Origin: a virus
Length of the DNA stretch: 64,000 nt
Virus genome (UHGV): UHGV-0371278
Strand: one strand, 5' to 3'
The notes under the pieces were generated by a model. It worked only from the letters and a program-made list of their open reading frames with translations. It was not told the origin of the DNA and did not search any database. Of the stretch, positions 17,239-28,876 are shown piece by piece. Both the position numbers and the translations under genes were made by a program. The first letter of the stretch is position 1. Each line of letters begins with the position of its first letter.

Positions 17239-19770
17239 TTACGTCACTCGCTGGAAAAGGGTCGCGGAGTCAGCAGTGTTGGCATCCCGGTTGACTACAT
17301 ATCCCATGCAGCGCCAAGTTCCGGCAGGCCTTTTACCGCTATTGTAGTTTGCGGCGCAAGACGAGTAGATGAGAATGGAACCGTCCACAACCACTCCCGG
17401 TTGAACGGTCGCGGTTCGAGCGCCATCGTCCAGAACCGCGAAAATGCCATAGGAGCCGACGCCTTTCAGACCGACCTGAACCAGCGCTTGATTGATGTAG
17501 TTGTTGTAGTTCCCGGCGTGGATGACTGGGTAGGCGTTTGCCCCTAGGTTTCCGCCACCTACTTTGAGAACGTTGTCGGCATCCAAGCCGAAGTTGACGA
17601 AGAAATCGCCGCCCCGGTCGAATGTTACGGCTGCGGCCGCGCCTGCCGCTGCGCCGTTCTGCAGGTTGATGGCACCGACTCGACCGGACGAAGCTATGTC
17701 GCTACCAGTTCCGGCGATGCGGTTGAAGACCATGTTTCCGTTGGTGGCGTTCGCGGCGTTCAAATCCACTTTCGTCGCCGGATCAAAGTTCCACGGCCCC
17801 CAGAATTCGTTTCCGCCCCAAACAGGAGTGCCAGCCATGGAATTCACGTGGGAACGAATGTTGGATTCGTCGGTAATCACGTAGGCGTTATTGCCGAGAG
17901 ACCAGCCGGCCCGCTTGAGCTGTCCATCCTTGTCCATCCCCAGATACCATCCTGTCTGGGAGTTGTCGAAATAAAGCGCGGCAGGCTCGCCACCATCTTT
18001 CCCGAAGATTTGAAGAGCAGCGTTTCCGTATGAAGCCGTCGTGGAACTGGAGCCCCATGTGTTCATGTTGCCGGTGTTGCCGTTTGTATTCCGAATCCCG
18101 GTCGGGCCGGCGATTCGGTTATTGGCATTCACAGTCAACTTGGTGGAGGGATCAAAGTTTCCAGAATCCCAAGGAGTGTATTGACCGGCAAACAGAGGGC
18201 GATTGTTGAATATGACGTTCGTGGACGCCCAGTCCCATCGCATGATTTGCGAGCGATAAGAGCCGTCAGGATTGGTGGTATTGACTGCGATCACCGCGTC
18301 GTTGTTGGCGCCCACGCCTTGTGTGAAGGTGAATTTCCAACCAGGCTGATCGGCAGTGGTGTTCTGCCAAAGGGGGCCAGAGTTCGCGATGTACGCGAGG
18401 TTTTTCGCAACATCCAGTCGCGGCTGGAGGAATGTAACATTCGACCTGCTGAACAGGATATCCTGGGTAGGACCAGCGGACCCCTGGCGAGAGTAGAACG
18501 CCATCGACCCATCAGCTTCAGAGATAAAGCGATAGTCGAAGTCTTTGGCGCGGTTGTTGTTGAAGTGGAAATCGATGAAAGGCCGAGCGTCAGACAACTC
18601 CAGATTGGCGAACCACGGCGTAGTGTCTTGGATAGCGACGTTCGGCTTGTTGATGACGTCAGCCCAGTCCACTGCATTCAGCTTTTGGGACGCGACGTAA
18701 TCCTTCACCTGTTTCCAGCTGGGGGCCTGGTAATCTTGATCGGCGTTGCCAACTTGGATGCGTGGCGCGCCTGCGAGGATTCTCCAGCGGTCGCCTGCTG
18801 CGTCGAATACAAGCTCAGCGATGAGTCCTTGGCCAAGTTCGCCGCCGGTGAGAGGGAAGTTGGCCGCGCCGACGATGGCTTTGGCGCCGAGTCCGGAGAC
18901 GTTGATGGTAGACGCGCCGGTGTTCATGGTGTTGAACTTGACCCGGAGAATCATGCCGTCCACCAGGCCGCCTTGGAGCTGCGGAACGAGAGTCAAGGTG
19001 TAGGCATTCGCCGGACCGGCCGCGATTCCATAGGTTACACGGCCGTGTTGGAGGGCCATGACGTTTACAGCGTACATCCAGTTGGTCCAGGCCCCGGCAT
19101 TGAGCCCGCGCACGGCGACGTTTCCGACGCGATCAGTGTAGCGTTGGACGCAGAACGTATTTGACCCGGACACCCAAGATTTCGCCTCCAGCATTCCAGC
19201 TGCTGCACCAGCCGAAGCGGGATATACGGGGGCGTTCTGAGAAGCGACGACCACTGAATCAGAGAAGAACTCCCACGTCCCATTCAACAGGTCATTGAAG
19301 TTGCGGCCGGTCGTGATGACTTCTCCGCCAGAAGATAGGCCTGGGCCTCCAGCTGGCATCGGTATGTTGGAGCGCATCACCGACCATGCGGGTTGTTCTT
19401 CCCAAGTCGTGCTGCTGAGAGGGTCTCTCACATTGGCATTCACCATGGAACGATAACGCCGCATTATGCCGTCATTGCCGACTCGCACGACTTCTGCATT
19501 CTGTTCGTAGCCGCCAGGCATGTCCTGAAACCACGGCGGCGCCATTTGCCGCTGCCACGCCTGTGCGTTCTGGGTCGCGATGAAGAAGAGTTGGTTTTGA
19601 ATTTTCCGCTCGACCGCTTTGGCCTGCGGGTTGTTCGACGCCAGACTGATTTCGTAGTCCGGCGTGTAGCCGTCGCGAAGGTTGGCAAAGCCAGTGGAAG
19701 AGGTCTGCGGGATCGGGTCTTTGTCGCCCTGCGCAGCAAACGGACTGGGTATCAGTTCGGGTGTGATCAC
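17239..19770 (-). CDS. tail fibre protein
   Basis: 843 aa, Gly/Asn/Ala-rich repeats, position between baseplate genes and Tfa. Confidence 0.7.
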   Translation of the reverse strand: MITPELIPSPFAAQGDKDPIPQTSSTGFANLRDGYTPDYEISLASNNPQAKAVERKIQNQLFFIATQNAQAWQRQMAPPWFQDMPGGYEQNAEVVRVGNDGIMRRYRSMVNANVRDPLSSTTWEEQPAWSVMRSNIPMPAGGPGLSSGGEVITTGRNFNDLLNGTWEFFSDSVVVASQNAPVYPASAGAAAGMLEAKSWVSGSNTFCVQRYTDRVGNVAVRGLNAGAWTNWMYAVNVMALQHGRVTYGIAAGPANAYTLTLVPQLQGGLVDGMILRVKFNTMNTGASTINVSGLGAKAIVGAANFPLTGGELGQGLIAELVFDAAGDRWRILAGAPRIQVGNADQDYQAPSWKQVKDYVASQKLNAVDWADVINKPNVAIQDTTPWFANLELSDARPFIDFHFNNNRAKDFDYRFISEADGSMAFYSRQGSAGPTQDILFSRSNVTFLQPRLDVAKNLAYIANSGPLWQNTTADQPGWKFTFTQGVGANNDAVIAVNTTNPDGSYRSQIMRWDWASTNVIFNNRPLFAGQYTPWDSGNFDPSTKLTVNANNRIAGPTGIRNTNGNTGNMNTWGSSSTTASYGNAALQIFGKDGGEPAALYFDNSQTGWYLGMDKDGQLKRAGWSLGNNAYVITDESNIRSHVNSMAGTPVWGGNEFWGPWNFDPATKVDLNAANATNGNMVFNRIAGTGSDIASSGRVGAINLQNGAAAGAAAAVTFDRGGDFFVNFGLDADNVLKVGGGNLGANAYPVIHAGNYNNYINQALVQVGLKGVGSYGIFAVLDDGARTATVQPGVVVDGSILIYSSCAANYNSGKRPAGTWRCMGYVVNRDANTADSATLFQRVT

Positions 19771-19774
19771 GTCA

Positions 19775-21289
19775 TTACTCCTGAATGACTTTTACATCGC
19801 AACCGGCGCAAGTCGGCATGATACCGACCGCCCGGTCATTCATGAGGTTGATCAATTGCGGCGACAAATTAAGCGCCGGACCAACTCTGTATTCTAGCTT
19901 GAACGCCCCACTAGTGGGTAGGCCGATGTATGCAGGACTGGACAAATTGAATGTATCTTGAATCCCATCCCCTACTGCGAATCTGGCCGGCTCGGCCGCA
20001 GTCCCACCTTTCCAGTCTCCAGTCCAATACGCTTCGGCTCCAGTCGGAAGAGGCTGGGTGAACTTGACCGTTCCGGTTTGGACGTTCTGCAGAACATAAT
20101 CGGTGATGGTGGCAGGGGTTCCTGTGGTCGCCAAGTATCCGGTTGGAGTATCACCCAGTTCGATCTGAGCACCCCAAATTAGGACATCAATCGCCCCGCT
20201 GGAACTCGAATCAATCCAGCTGAAGTTGGTTTCTGCCGGAGCGACGTAAGCAGCGCGGAACGAAGAACTGACGGTTTTGGTCGTGAGAACGCAACGCCAC
20301 CAGCCATCTTCCAAACGAATCATGCGAGCGCTTACCACGCTGCTGTCCAACATCTGATCGCTGATTACGTTCCCGGCGTCCAGATCGAAAACGGCATCGG
20401 CGCGACTAGGAAAGTCGGCAGCGGACTGGATTGCAATGAAACGGGTGGAGCCGGCTTTCGCGAAGAACGAGAATGTGACAGTTTTACCGGCCTCTAGCGG
20501 CCCATCTATCGACGCGGAGACGTAGGCGGTACTCCCGGCCGGCTTAGTAAGCTTGCACACCGTAGCGGAGCCGTCCGGGGCCGTAGCGGACGCCGTTTCG
20601 ACCGTTACCGGACGGCCGCTCGCGGCCGGATCGACACCAGGCCAATCAGCGTCACTGGCAGGGGTCGATATCAGCACATGGTTCGTCCTGGGCGAGCTAG
20701 ACAATAAAACCATCCCTTCCCAATCTTTCCGATATATGGCCAAGTTCTCCACAGGTCCATTCTCGCCGGTTGAGTCCATGAGATAGAAGTACAACCCGGC
20801 CGCCACGTCCCACGGCTCATCATCGTTGAATATGTAGCGAAGCATGCGATTGATATATGCAATCGAGCCGTTCGAAATCAGCGCTACATATCTTAGCTGA
20901 AGCACTTTCCTGATTTCGTCCAAGTTGAGGATTTCGGCATTGCCGCCACCGTAGAAGTTGCCGCCCGGCGATGCGTCTGCAGGCGGCGGAACCTGATTCC
21001 CGCTATAAACGAAGTTATGGCGCAGCCGACCGAACGCCCAAGAGCGGTTTTTTTGATACAGGCCGAAGCCTTTCGAAGGCGTGCCGAGGATGATGCACCA
21101 CACCACAAGGCCGAACGGGTTGGCAGTCTTCAAATTGAAAACGTCGCGCTCCCAGTTCACCCAAAATTGACGGCTGAAACGATCATACCATTGAGCTTTT
21201 CGCTGAACCAAGCCGGTGATCCCAGGAGCCTGGTTTTGGAGCCACTTCAGCGCCTGTTGAATATCGGAATTGTACGCAGGCAAAGTCAT
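19775..21289 (-). CDS. baseplate wedge/tail protein (P2 gpI / Mu gp48-like N-terminus) with C-terminal extension
   Basis: position after baseplate J; conserved N-terminal region. Confidence 0.45.
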   Translation of the reverse strand: MTLPAYNSDIQQALKWLQNQAPGITGLVQRKAQWYDRFSRQFWVNWERDVFNLKTANPFGLVVWCIILGTPSKGFGLYQKNRSWAFGRLRHNFVYSGNQVPPPADASPGGNFYGGGNAEILNLDEIRKVLQLRYVALISNGSIAYINRMLRYIFNDDEPWDVAAGLYFYLMDSTGENGPVENLAIYRKDWEGMVLLSSSPRTNHVLISTPASDADWPGVDPAASGRPVTVETASATAPDGSATVCKLTKPAGSTAYVSASIDGPLEAGKTVTFSFFAKAGSTRFIAIQSAADFPSRADAVFDLDAGNVISDQMLDSSVVSARMIRLEDGWWRCVLTTKTVSSSFRAAYVAPAETNFSWIDSSSSGAIDVLIWGAQIELGDTPTGYLATTGTPATITDYVLQNVQTGTVKFTQPLPTGAEAYWTGDWKGGTAAEPARFAVGDGIQDTFNLSSPAYIGLPTSGAFKLEYRVGPALNLSPQLINLMNDRAVGIMPTCAGCDVKVIQE

Positions 21290-22548
21290 ACGAAAGTCAC
21301 CCTAACGTTACCTACCGAAATGGTAGCCTGACCGAATGCGCTCATGACGTATTCTGGCGAGAAGTCGCCGGGAGCCGGGGCCGGCGATCCAGCCGCGACG
21401 CAAGCCACCTGGCATAGTTTGATGTAGATTCCGGGAATCTCGCGAGCGATGGCCCCGGCGACTTCGAATGCCGACAGGCTCGCGCCCACCACCAGCCCCT
21501 CTTCCCCTTCCACTTTCCCCTGGGCGTAATTGACCACTGCGTTCTGAATGGCTTCCGGAGCTACAGAGGAGGAACCTTGCTGGACTGTTACGTTAACATA
21601 TCCATCGTACATAATTGGAGTGGTCCACTTCACGACATACTTTCGACCGGACGCCGGATCGCGCACAGGAACGCCATTCGGACCGTCCACCGGGACGCCG
21701 TTGTTCGTCGCGCCATAGTCCCAGGGAGTTCCGCCGTTGTGGGCCGTCCACAAGGCATCTGCGACAGCCTGCTTATCCGGATTTCCGGCGACGCAGACCC
21801 ATACCGCATACGGAAGGGTGAAGGATACGCCATTAACCACTTGGACCGTGCCAGTGTTGTTTTCGATGACGTTAACCGAGGTGACGTTGGGCACGGCGCT
21901 AACATACGCCTTGATGGCCAGAGTCGAGTTGCGGCCTTGGAGGGCCAATCGATTCACGCGGGCATTCTTCAGCTCGGCATCGCTCATTTGGCGGCTGCCC
22001 GGATCGACGCGAGTGGAGGCGATGACTTTTGCTCCGGCCCAACCGATGGTTCCATCGATGATGATCAGATCTCCTACGGGAAGAGGGATGTTTCCATATT
22101 CCTGCGATTTTACGTCGATGGTGGCGACTCCGGTTGCCGGAATCAGAACGTCACTCATGACCGTGAAAATCGCTCCGGCCGGAGTCTGCACACGCGACCC
22201 GGTGGAAATTCGGGTCTGGCTGCGGCCGGTCACTTGGACGCCATAGCCGAACGTCGAAAGATCAGAGCCGCGCTCGATTCCCATCAGCGCACAGATGGCG
22301 TCCAGGAACGTCCCGAAGGAAACGTTTGGGTTGATGGTGTTGGCAATGCGAGCTTCATTCCTCATCACGCTAGAACGCGCAATGGTCTCAGCCGCGACCA
22401 GAGTTCCCTGGGGTGTTGAAGCCGCCAGGTTGATATTGGCGCCGAGGGCCGCTCTGAATTCCGCTTCAACGTCTTTCAAAACGTCAGCAGTATCGGCGAC
22501 TATGACTCCAGTACCTACTATGTAGTCATAATTAGCCATTACAACCAC
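21286..22548 (-). CDS. baseplate J-like protein
   Basis: size, position and sequence character of baseplate J (P2 gpJ / Mu gp47) family. Confidence 0.7.
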   Translation of the reverse strand: MVVMANYDYIVGTGVIVADTADVLKDVEAEFRAALGANINLAASTPQGTLVAAETIARSSVMRNEARIANTINPNVSFGTFLDAICALMGIERGSDLSTFGYGVQVTGRSQTRISTGSRVQTPAGAIFTVMSDVLIPATGVATIDVKSQEYGNIPLPVGDLIIIDGTIGWAGAKVIASTRVDPGSRQMSDAELKNARVNRLALQGRNSTLAIKAYVSAVPNVTSVNVIENNTGTVQVVNGVSFTLPYAVWVCVAGNPDKQAVADALWTAHNGGTPWDYGATNNGVPVDGPNGVPVRDPASGRKYVVKWTTPIMYDGYVNVTVQQGSSSVAPEAIQNAVVNYAQGKVEGEEGLVVGASLSAFEVAGAIAREIPGIYIKLCQVACVAAGSPAPAPGDFSPEYVMSAFGQATISVGNVRVTFV

Positions 22549-22593
22549 CCCGCTGTTAAATCAGAAAAATCAAAATTAGCCATGAAATTCTCC

Positions 22594-23283
<690 letters not shown>

Positions 23284-23314
23284 CTAGTATAGCCTTCCCA
23301 GGCTCGCTTAGGAA

Positions 23315-23848
23315 TTATCCCTTTTTGATTCTGTTCTGTGATGCTTCGGACGCTAGAGCCTCATTCACGCTCTTCGCCGTCATGATGTCAATCATCTTAA
23401 AGGCATCTTGAGTCGAATAATACTCTTCCAACTCGCGCATAGAGGCTGAGCCGTTCGCGACCAAGCTCGCAACTACAGAAGGTGAATGTGCCGTCTTCAC
23501 GCTTTTGATATCTTCGACAAATCTGGATGGAATCTTGACTCCGGTCCAGTCTTTGAGAAAACCAAAGTTCCAGTCGATTACCACTTCGGACAGAAGTGCA
23601 AGAACTTGTACGGGAGCTATTACTTTCGCTCGATCAACGACATAAAGATTGATGTTCGCAGCGGTCAAGGGAAGCCAAACGCCTTCCGGTTGTTCCTCCG
23701 TATGGGCCAACACGTCGGTCCCTTTGAGCAATTCTTCCGGAGGAACATCATGGATTCCCGACATCATCCTGAGTCCATCGACCGCAGAGAATTGCCGCGA
23801 GTTGTAGTGCACGCCGAACATATTGAATGATTTGATTTCCCTGGCCAT
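23315..23848 (-). CDS. baseplate-associated hypothetical protein
   Basis: synteny only. Confidence 0.35.
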   Translation of the reverse strand: MAREIKSFNMFGVHYNSRQFSAVDGLRMMSGIHDVPPEELLKGTDVLAHTEEQPEGVWLPLTAANINLYVVDRAKVIAPVQVLALLSEVVIDWNFGFLKDWTGVKIPSRFVEDIKSVKTAHSPSVVASLVANGSASMRELEEYYSTQDAFKMIDIMTAKSVNEALASEASQNRIKKG

Positions 23849-24711
23849 TACGCTGCTGGGCTCCCCATGACTTTGATATAGAACGGCCGATCCCGGCTGG
23901 CCAAATCATACTCTAGAGCGGTGATCACATAGTTGCCGTTGACGCTTGGATTCATGAGAGATTCGACCGCTACGCCTCCAGCCACACGAATCGATGGCTC
24001 AAACAGACACTGGAATTCCACGCCCCATTCAGACCAAGATGGAATTCCAACAAACGAGTTGACGTTGGTCACCTCATCCGGACGAATGACTTTATCGCGG
24101 TCCTTCACGATCAATATGTCATCATCGACGAACGCGGCCACGTCCGGCATGTACATATCCTGAATCGACGCCAGGATTGCCGACGCGACAGTGATAGACC
24201 GGCCCGGATTCTTCAGAACTTGATCGTTGTAACTGGTATCGCAGATGAAGTTCAATCCCATTTCGTTCGCGCCCCACTCGACGAACTTGACAAACGTCGT
24301 GTTGGCGGGCGGCATATTCCGAATGGTCTTCGTCCTGTCGATTTGCCTGGTATAGCACTGGATGCGGATTCCAATGTCAGGTGGCGGAGAAATGATATCG
24401 ACAATGGCAACTTCGCCGACAAAGACTCTGGAAACTTGCTCGCGCCCCTGGTCAGAGTAGCCGGCTTCCACCGACACCTTGATCATCAATTCATCTTCCC
24501 TGCCCACTTGACGTTGCCGGTGCTTCCACGCGGTGAACTGCGACAGAAGAGACTCGCGCAGCTGAGTGGTGAGGCCGAAAATTTCCATCGTCGCCCGGTT
24601 CTGAATCCGCAACGCAGCCTTCATAATCCGGACCCGAACATCCAGATCTTCGCGGATGACTTCGGGTCCATAAGGCATGTTGAATGTTACTCGCAGAATT
24701 CTCTTTTTCAT
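23848..24711 (-). CDS. putative baseplate hub/tail protein
   Basis: immediately downstream of tape measure gene (ATGA overlap); synteny. Confidence 0.35.
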   Translation of the reverse strand: MKKRILRVTFNMPYGPEVIREDLDVRVRIMKAALRIQNRATMEIFGLTTQLRESLLSQFTAWKHRQRQVGREDELMIKVSVEAGYSDQGREQVSRVFVGEVAIVDIISPPPDIGIRIQCYTRQIDRTKTIRNMPPANTTFVKFVEWGANEMGLNFICDTSYNDQVLKNPGRSITVASAILASIQDMYMPDVAAFVDDDILIVKDRDKVIRPDEVTNVNSFVGIPSWSEWGVEFQCLFEPSIRVAGGVAVESLMNPSVNGNYVITALEYDLASRDRPFYIKVMGSPAA

Positions 24712-27293
24712 CAGTAGAGTATCTTAGTTGCGGAATCGTTTTGAGCGTCCTGGATTGCCGTAGTCAGCTGGTCTGCAGTCTGCTTGCTGAATATCTCACG
24801 AGCCTCTTCCGGAGAATTCGCGCCGGTGACGTTGACCAACATGTCGATCCGACCGATGGTCAGCTCCTGGCCGCGCTCTGGAGCGCTCTTCAGAAGTTGC
24901 TCGCCGTACGTCCTGAGAATATCCATTTCTCGCGATGCGGCGTTCACCTTGGCCGTGGCTTCGGCAAGCTTGGCTGGAGACAGGAATACGTTGTTGGCTT
25001 CGGTCGCGGCGGCCTTGATCTCCTGTTGCTTGCCCAGGATGGCTTGGTTGTATCCGAACAGCAAGTCAGAACGGCTGATTTCGCGGCGCATGATCTGGTT
25101 GGGGTTAACGCCGATCACTTGCGCGATAGCTCCGGCAGTGAGTTGAGCCTGGATGTTCTGCTTGGTCTCGCCGCGAACTTGATTCGGGAACTTCCGGAAT
25201 CCAGAATCTGCCCGGTCGGCCTCTTGACGTCTAGACATCTTAAGGATTTCGCCGTCGCTGCGGTCTGGCATGCGGTCGATGATGCGAATTTCCGGTCGTA
25301 CAACCCTGTCGTCATATCGACGGGCTTCGCGGCGCTCATCTTCCTTCTTGCCCTGGTCTGGGGTTTCCAGTCGCCCGCCATCATAGGGACGAATGTCCAT
25401 GTCGCCGCCTTCCGGGGCGAACGTCTCGTTGGCGACGGTCATGGCCGCGGCCTTCTGCTTGCGCTGGGCTTCCTCCATCAGTTCAATTGGTGCGCTCATC
25501 ACCAAACCAGGATATGCGCGAGTCCTTGGTCCCCAGTTCTTCGGATCGAGTCCGCCATGATAGTAGGTCAAGGCCAACCGCATGTCGCCATTTGCTCGAT
25601 CTAGGTTTTCCCGCAGTAGGCGCGTTCCACCGAGGATGTTTTGGCGCGGGTCATACACATCGGTGATTCCATACGCCTTGGCGATTTCCGGCATCAGCTG
25701 CATGAGGCCTTTGGCTCCGGCTTCGCTGGTCGCTCTGGCATTGAATCGGCTTTCTGTGTATATGAGCTTCTTGATGTCCAGCTCAGGAACGTTGTACATC
25801 TTAGACGCATCTTTGATGATATCATTGATGTACGATGGGACATTTATCGGCTCGGCCTTGCGCTGCGGCGAGAACATACGATTGCGCAGAGACTGGGCGC
25901 CGATAGGCTCGCCGAATACTTGACCAGCCGCGCCACTCTTCGACTGATCGTAGATCGCGTGCGGATAAACCCCTGTGGCTCGCGAAGTCGGCGCGGTGCT
26001 TCCCATGCCAACTGCGCGCCCGATTTCCCCCGCCCATGCCGCCCATGCTTGACGCTCGTCAACTGCATTGGCGAACGATGATACGGCTCCGCTGAACATG
26101 TTGATCGCCACCGCAAAATCATTCGTTGACTTCGTAGTCTGGTCGGCCAATTTCTCCAGCTCTTTCATCGACTTCGTAGCTTTGTCCTGGTCTTCCTGTT
26201 TCTTGGCCAGGTCTTCGCTGGTTTGACCTTGGGAGCCTGGGACCTTCGACTTGTCGATTAATCCGGCCTCTTCCATGCCGCGCCGAGTACCCCAGGAAGC
26301 CAGGCGACCTAGCAGAGCACCAGGGCTGAGAAGGGACAGAATATCGCCGCCCACCGTAGCCTTTCCGGTGATTCCATCGTCCCAGCGGGCTTTCGTGTCC
26401 TTGGCGAATTCTTCCACTTCGTTGGGAATGGCCTGGACAATTTTGTCGATGATTTCGATCAGCTTGGTGAATGCAGGCGCGAGTTTTTCGCCAACGCGGT
26501 TTTCCAGAGTCGTGAAAGTTTGGTTGAGGTTTGCCAAAGCATCATTGAACTTCTGGATGTTTGACTCGCCCTTGACCCTGGCCTGAAGCTCTTCTGACGT
26601 CATTTCAGTGACTTTGCCCATGGCCGGGCCAATCTTCGCCAGGGTACTCAGGTAATCTCGCGAGACGCCGAGGGCATCAGCATAGGCCGAAATCTCGTCC
26701 GGTTTCAGCTTGGCCATCTTCGTGGCCAGCTCAGTGATTATGTCGTTGAGCGGCCGCATGCCCTTTTGGAAGCTCCCGACATCAACGCCGGCCATACGCA
26801 GAATTCGCGCTTCCGGGCCGACTCGCCCGATATCGCGATAAGCACGCCGGAAAGTGTCTGCCAGATTTTTGGTCATCTCCGCGCCCTGCTCGCGGCTGAT
26901 GGTTCCACCGGACTGGCGAACGAATTTTCTCTGGTACTCTTCCAAGCGTGCCGGGGCGATGCCGATGTCCATCGCCTGGATGCGCTGCTGATTGTACTGG
27001 TCCCTGGTGTTCATGAACGCCTTGACGCCGGCCGCGACCAGGGCCACGCCAGTGGCGCCTATCGCGAGCTGGGCGTTCATCCCGCGAATCGCGCTCGTCA
27101 CGGCATCAACCTGCGGAACCACGCGGCCGAGCTCAGTTGCCGCGCCGTCTGCGAAGTGGCGCAAATCTTGAAGGCCACTCGTCGATGCGCTGTTCACGCG
27201 CCTGATCTGGTTCTGGAGGCGCTCCAGATTGCGCTCGGCTCTGGCAGTATCGGCCTCATACCGAAGTATGAATTCATCCAAATCACTAGACAT
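24711..27293 (-). CDS. tail tape measure protein with internal soluble lytic transglycosylase (SLT) domain
   Basis: 860 aa, coiled-coil N-terminal half; SLT motif ESRFNARATSEAGAKGLMQLMP. Confidence 0.8.
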   Translation of the reverse strand: MSSDLDEFILRYEADTARAERNLERLQNQIRRVNSASTSGLQDLRHFADGAATELGRVVPQVDAVTSAIRGMNAQLAIGATGVALVAAGVKAFMNTRDQYNQQRIQAMDIGIAPARLEEYQRKFVRQSGGTISREQGAEMTKNLADTFRRAYRDIGRVGPEARILRMAGVDVGSFQKGMRPLNDIITELATKMAKLKPDEISAYADALGVSRDYLSTLAKIGPAMGKVTEMTSEELQARVKGESNIQKFNDALANLNQTFTTLENRVGEKLAPAFTKLIEIIDKIVQAIPNEVEEFAKDTKARWDDGITGKATVGGDILSLLSPGALLGRLASWGTRRGMEEAGLIDKSKVPGSQGQTSEDLAKKQEDQDKATKSMKELEKLADQTTKSTNDFAVAINMFSGAVSSFANAVDERQAWAAWAGEIGRAVGMGSTAPTSRATGVYPHAIYDQSKSGAAGQVFGEPIGAQSLRNRMFSPQRKAEPINVPSYINDIIKDASKMYNVPELDIKKLIYTESRFNARATSEAGAKGLMQLMPEIAKAYGITDVYDPRQNILGGTRLLRENLDRANGDMRLALTYYHGGLDPKNWGPRTRAYPGLVMSAPIELMEEAQRKQKAAAMTVANETFAPEGGDMDIRPYDGGRLETPDQGKKEDERREARRYDDRVVRPEIRIIDRMPDRSDGEILKMSRRQEADRADSGFRKFPNQVRGETKQNIQAQLTAGAIAQVIGVNPNQIMRREISRSDLLFGYNQAILGKQQEIKAAATEANNVFLSPAKLAEATAKVNAASREMDILRTYGEQLLKSAPERGQELTIGRIDMLVNVTGANSPEEAREIFSKQTADQLTTAIQDAQNDSATKILY

Positions 27294-27296
27294 GAA

Positions 27297-27725
27297 TCAC
27301 TCCGGCTTGTTGGCGAGTCCTTCGGCGATCTTCATTGCTGGACCAATGAGCTTGGACGCCTCGGCCAGAAATGCGATGGCCATCTGCGATCCGACTTGTT
27401 CCCAATAGTCCGGCCGGTCGGCGTGCGTTGTCGGATCGATGCCGTTGTGCTTGAGGACAGAATCGAAGACGAATTCAACGTTCTTCCAGTTGCCGAGGTG
27501 GTTGTTGATAACCGCAGCAGTAGTCAACGGAATTTCGGAATCATCGTCGCCAAGCAGCACTTTCGCATAGCTCAGGATTTCCATGGTGAAAGCGCGGCGG
27601 AAGTCGGCATCCTTGCTGACTGCGAACTCGACGAAACGGCGCTGGAGTTCCCAGCCGTCCAATGCCGACCACGCCTCGATTTGTACGCGAGTTTGACGGC
27701 CATCGGGAAGATTGATTTCAAGCAT
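27297..27725 (-). CDS. putative tail assembly chaperone
   Basis: gene immediately upstream of tape measure. Confidence 0.4.
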   Translation of the reverse strand: MLEINLPDGRQTRVQIEAWSALDGWELQRRFVEFAVSKDADFRRAFTMEILSYAKVLLGDDDSEIPLTTAAVINNHLGNWKNVEFVFDSVLKHNGIDPTTHADRPDYWEQVGSQMAIAFLAEASKLIGPAMKIAEGLANKPE

Positions 27726-27734
27726 GATACATCC

Positions 27735-28328
27735 TCAGAAGTAGCTGGTCACGCGATTATATAGCGATTTTGCGGCCGAAGATATCGAATCGCCGATGGC
27801 GCCCAAATCCAGCAAATTAGCATCAGAAAGAGATTGAATCTGTACCCCATAAGTCGGACTATCTTGAGGGAACGCAGGATCGAATTTATTCAATACTGGA
27901 GGCTCAACCTGCTCGAATTCCATATTGATCTCAGCCGCGTTCAACATGTCTGGAGACTGATCTACATCGAGCGCCATGATGGCCATTTTATCGGCCAATA
28001 TCGACTTAGAAGTGATAGCGAAAGTCGAGGTGTTATCATTGAAGGCGTTCATGATGCTTTCAACGGTGGACAGGTCCGGACAGATAGCATTGATGCGGAG
28101 TCGCACCGGTTGGATGATCTTTCCATTCTTCACATCAATGTCCAGAGCTTCGGTGTACACTTGAGCTTCCGTCTGGTCTTTCGTCGCCAGAGGTTTCGAC
28201 ACTACGGAAGCCGGCGAGTAAATTTCCACTTTCTTGACTTGAAGACTCTTCCAGACAGGAAGTTTGGTGACATCATCGCGTATGGTGAGAGTAGGCGTGT
28301 TGAGAATAGACTTGAGGAAAGAGTTCAA
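27735..28328 (-). CDS. hypothetical tail-module protein
   Basis: synteny. Confidence 0.4.
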   Translation of the reverse strand: MNSFLKSILNTPTLTIRDDVTKLPVWKSLQVKKVEIYSPASVVSKPLATKDQTEAQVYTEALDIDVKNGKIIQPVRLRINAICPDLSTVESIMNAFNDNTSTFAITSKSILADKMAIMALDVDQSPDMLNAAEINMEFEQVEPPVLNKFDPAFPQDSPTYGVQIQSLSDANLLDLGAIGDSISSAAKSLYNRVTSYF

Positions 28329-28336
28329 TTGGCACC

Positions 28337-28876
28337 TCAGAACAAGTCTGCGGCGTTCTGGACGCCGTTCACTGCGTAGTCGAACAGGTCACTGGCCGAG
28401 CCAACCACGTCTTCAGCTAGGGCCAGCCCTCGGTCGATCATAGAAGAGTCCCCTGCATTTCTGAACATTATAGGCTTGGGATTCTGGACGAGAACTTGGG
28501 AGAATGTCAGCCGCGCAGGAGTCGCCGATATCATATCCGGAGTCTGATTGAGCGCTTCGCTGGTACACATCATCCGTTCGAATACCATGCCGCGAGTGAT
28601 GACTTTGTACAGTGTGTCGCGATCCAGGAGCAATTGATTGATCTTATCGACGACATCAATTGAAGGGCAAAATACTTCGACGATGATTTCCATAGGGTGG
28701 ATCGTTCTGGAATCCATCTTGGTCGTACCATCTTCCAGCATGTGGCGTTGCCCTACAGAAGAAAACCGGGTGTTGGCCCGGCTTATCCTCAAATCCGCAG
28801 CAACTAGCTGGTTTGTGTTTTGGTCCACAATCGAAAAAGATCGCGAACTTAGGAGGCTGGTGAAAATCCCCAACAT
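28337..28876 (-). CDS. hypothetical tail-module protein
   Basis: synteny. Confidence 0.4.
   Translation of the reverse strand: MLGIFTSLLSSRSFSIVDQNTNQLVAADLRISRANTRFSSVGQRHMLEDGTTKMDSRTIHPMEIIVEVFCPSIDVVDKINQLLLDRDTLYKVITRGMVFERMMCTSEALNQTPDMISATPARLTFSQVLVQNPKPIMFRNAGDSSMIDRGLALAEDVVGSASDLFDYAVNGVQNAADLF

Noticed and set aside
24684-27764. 306-aa and 332-aa plus-strand ORFs
   Set aside because: Antisense to the tape-measure gene (SLT motif is on minus strand).
27297-28328. Programmed -1 frameshift (G/GT-type) between the two genes upstream of the tape measure
   Set aside because: Genes are separated by 9 nt with no overlap and no obvious slippery heptamer; not supported.
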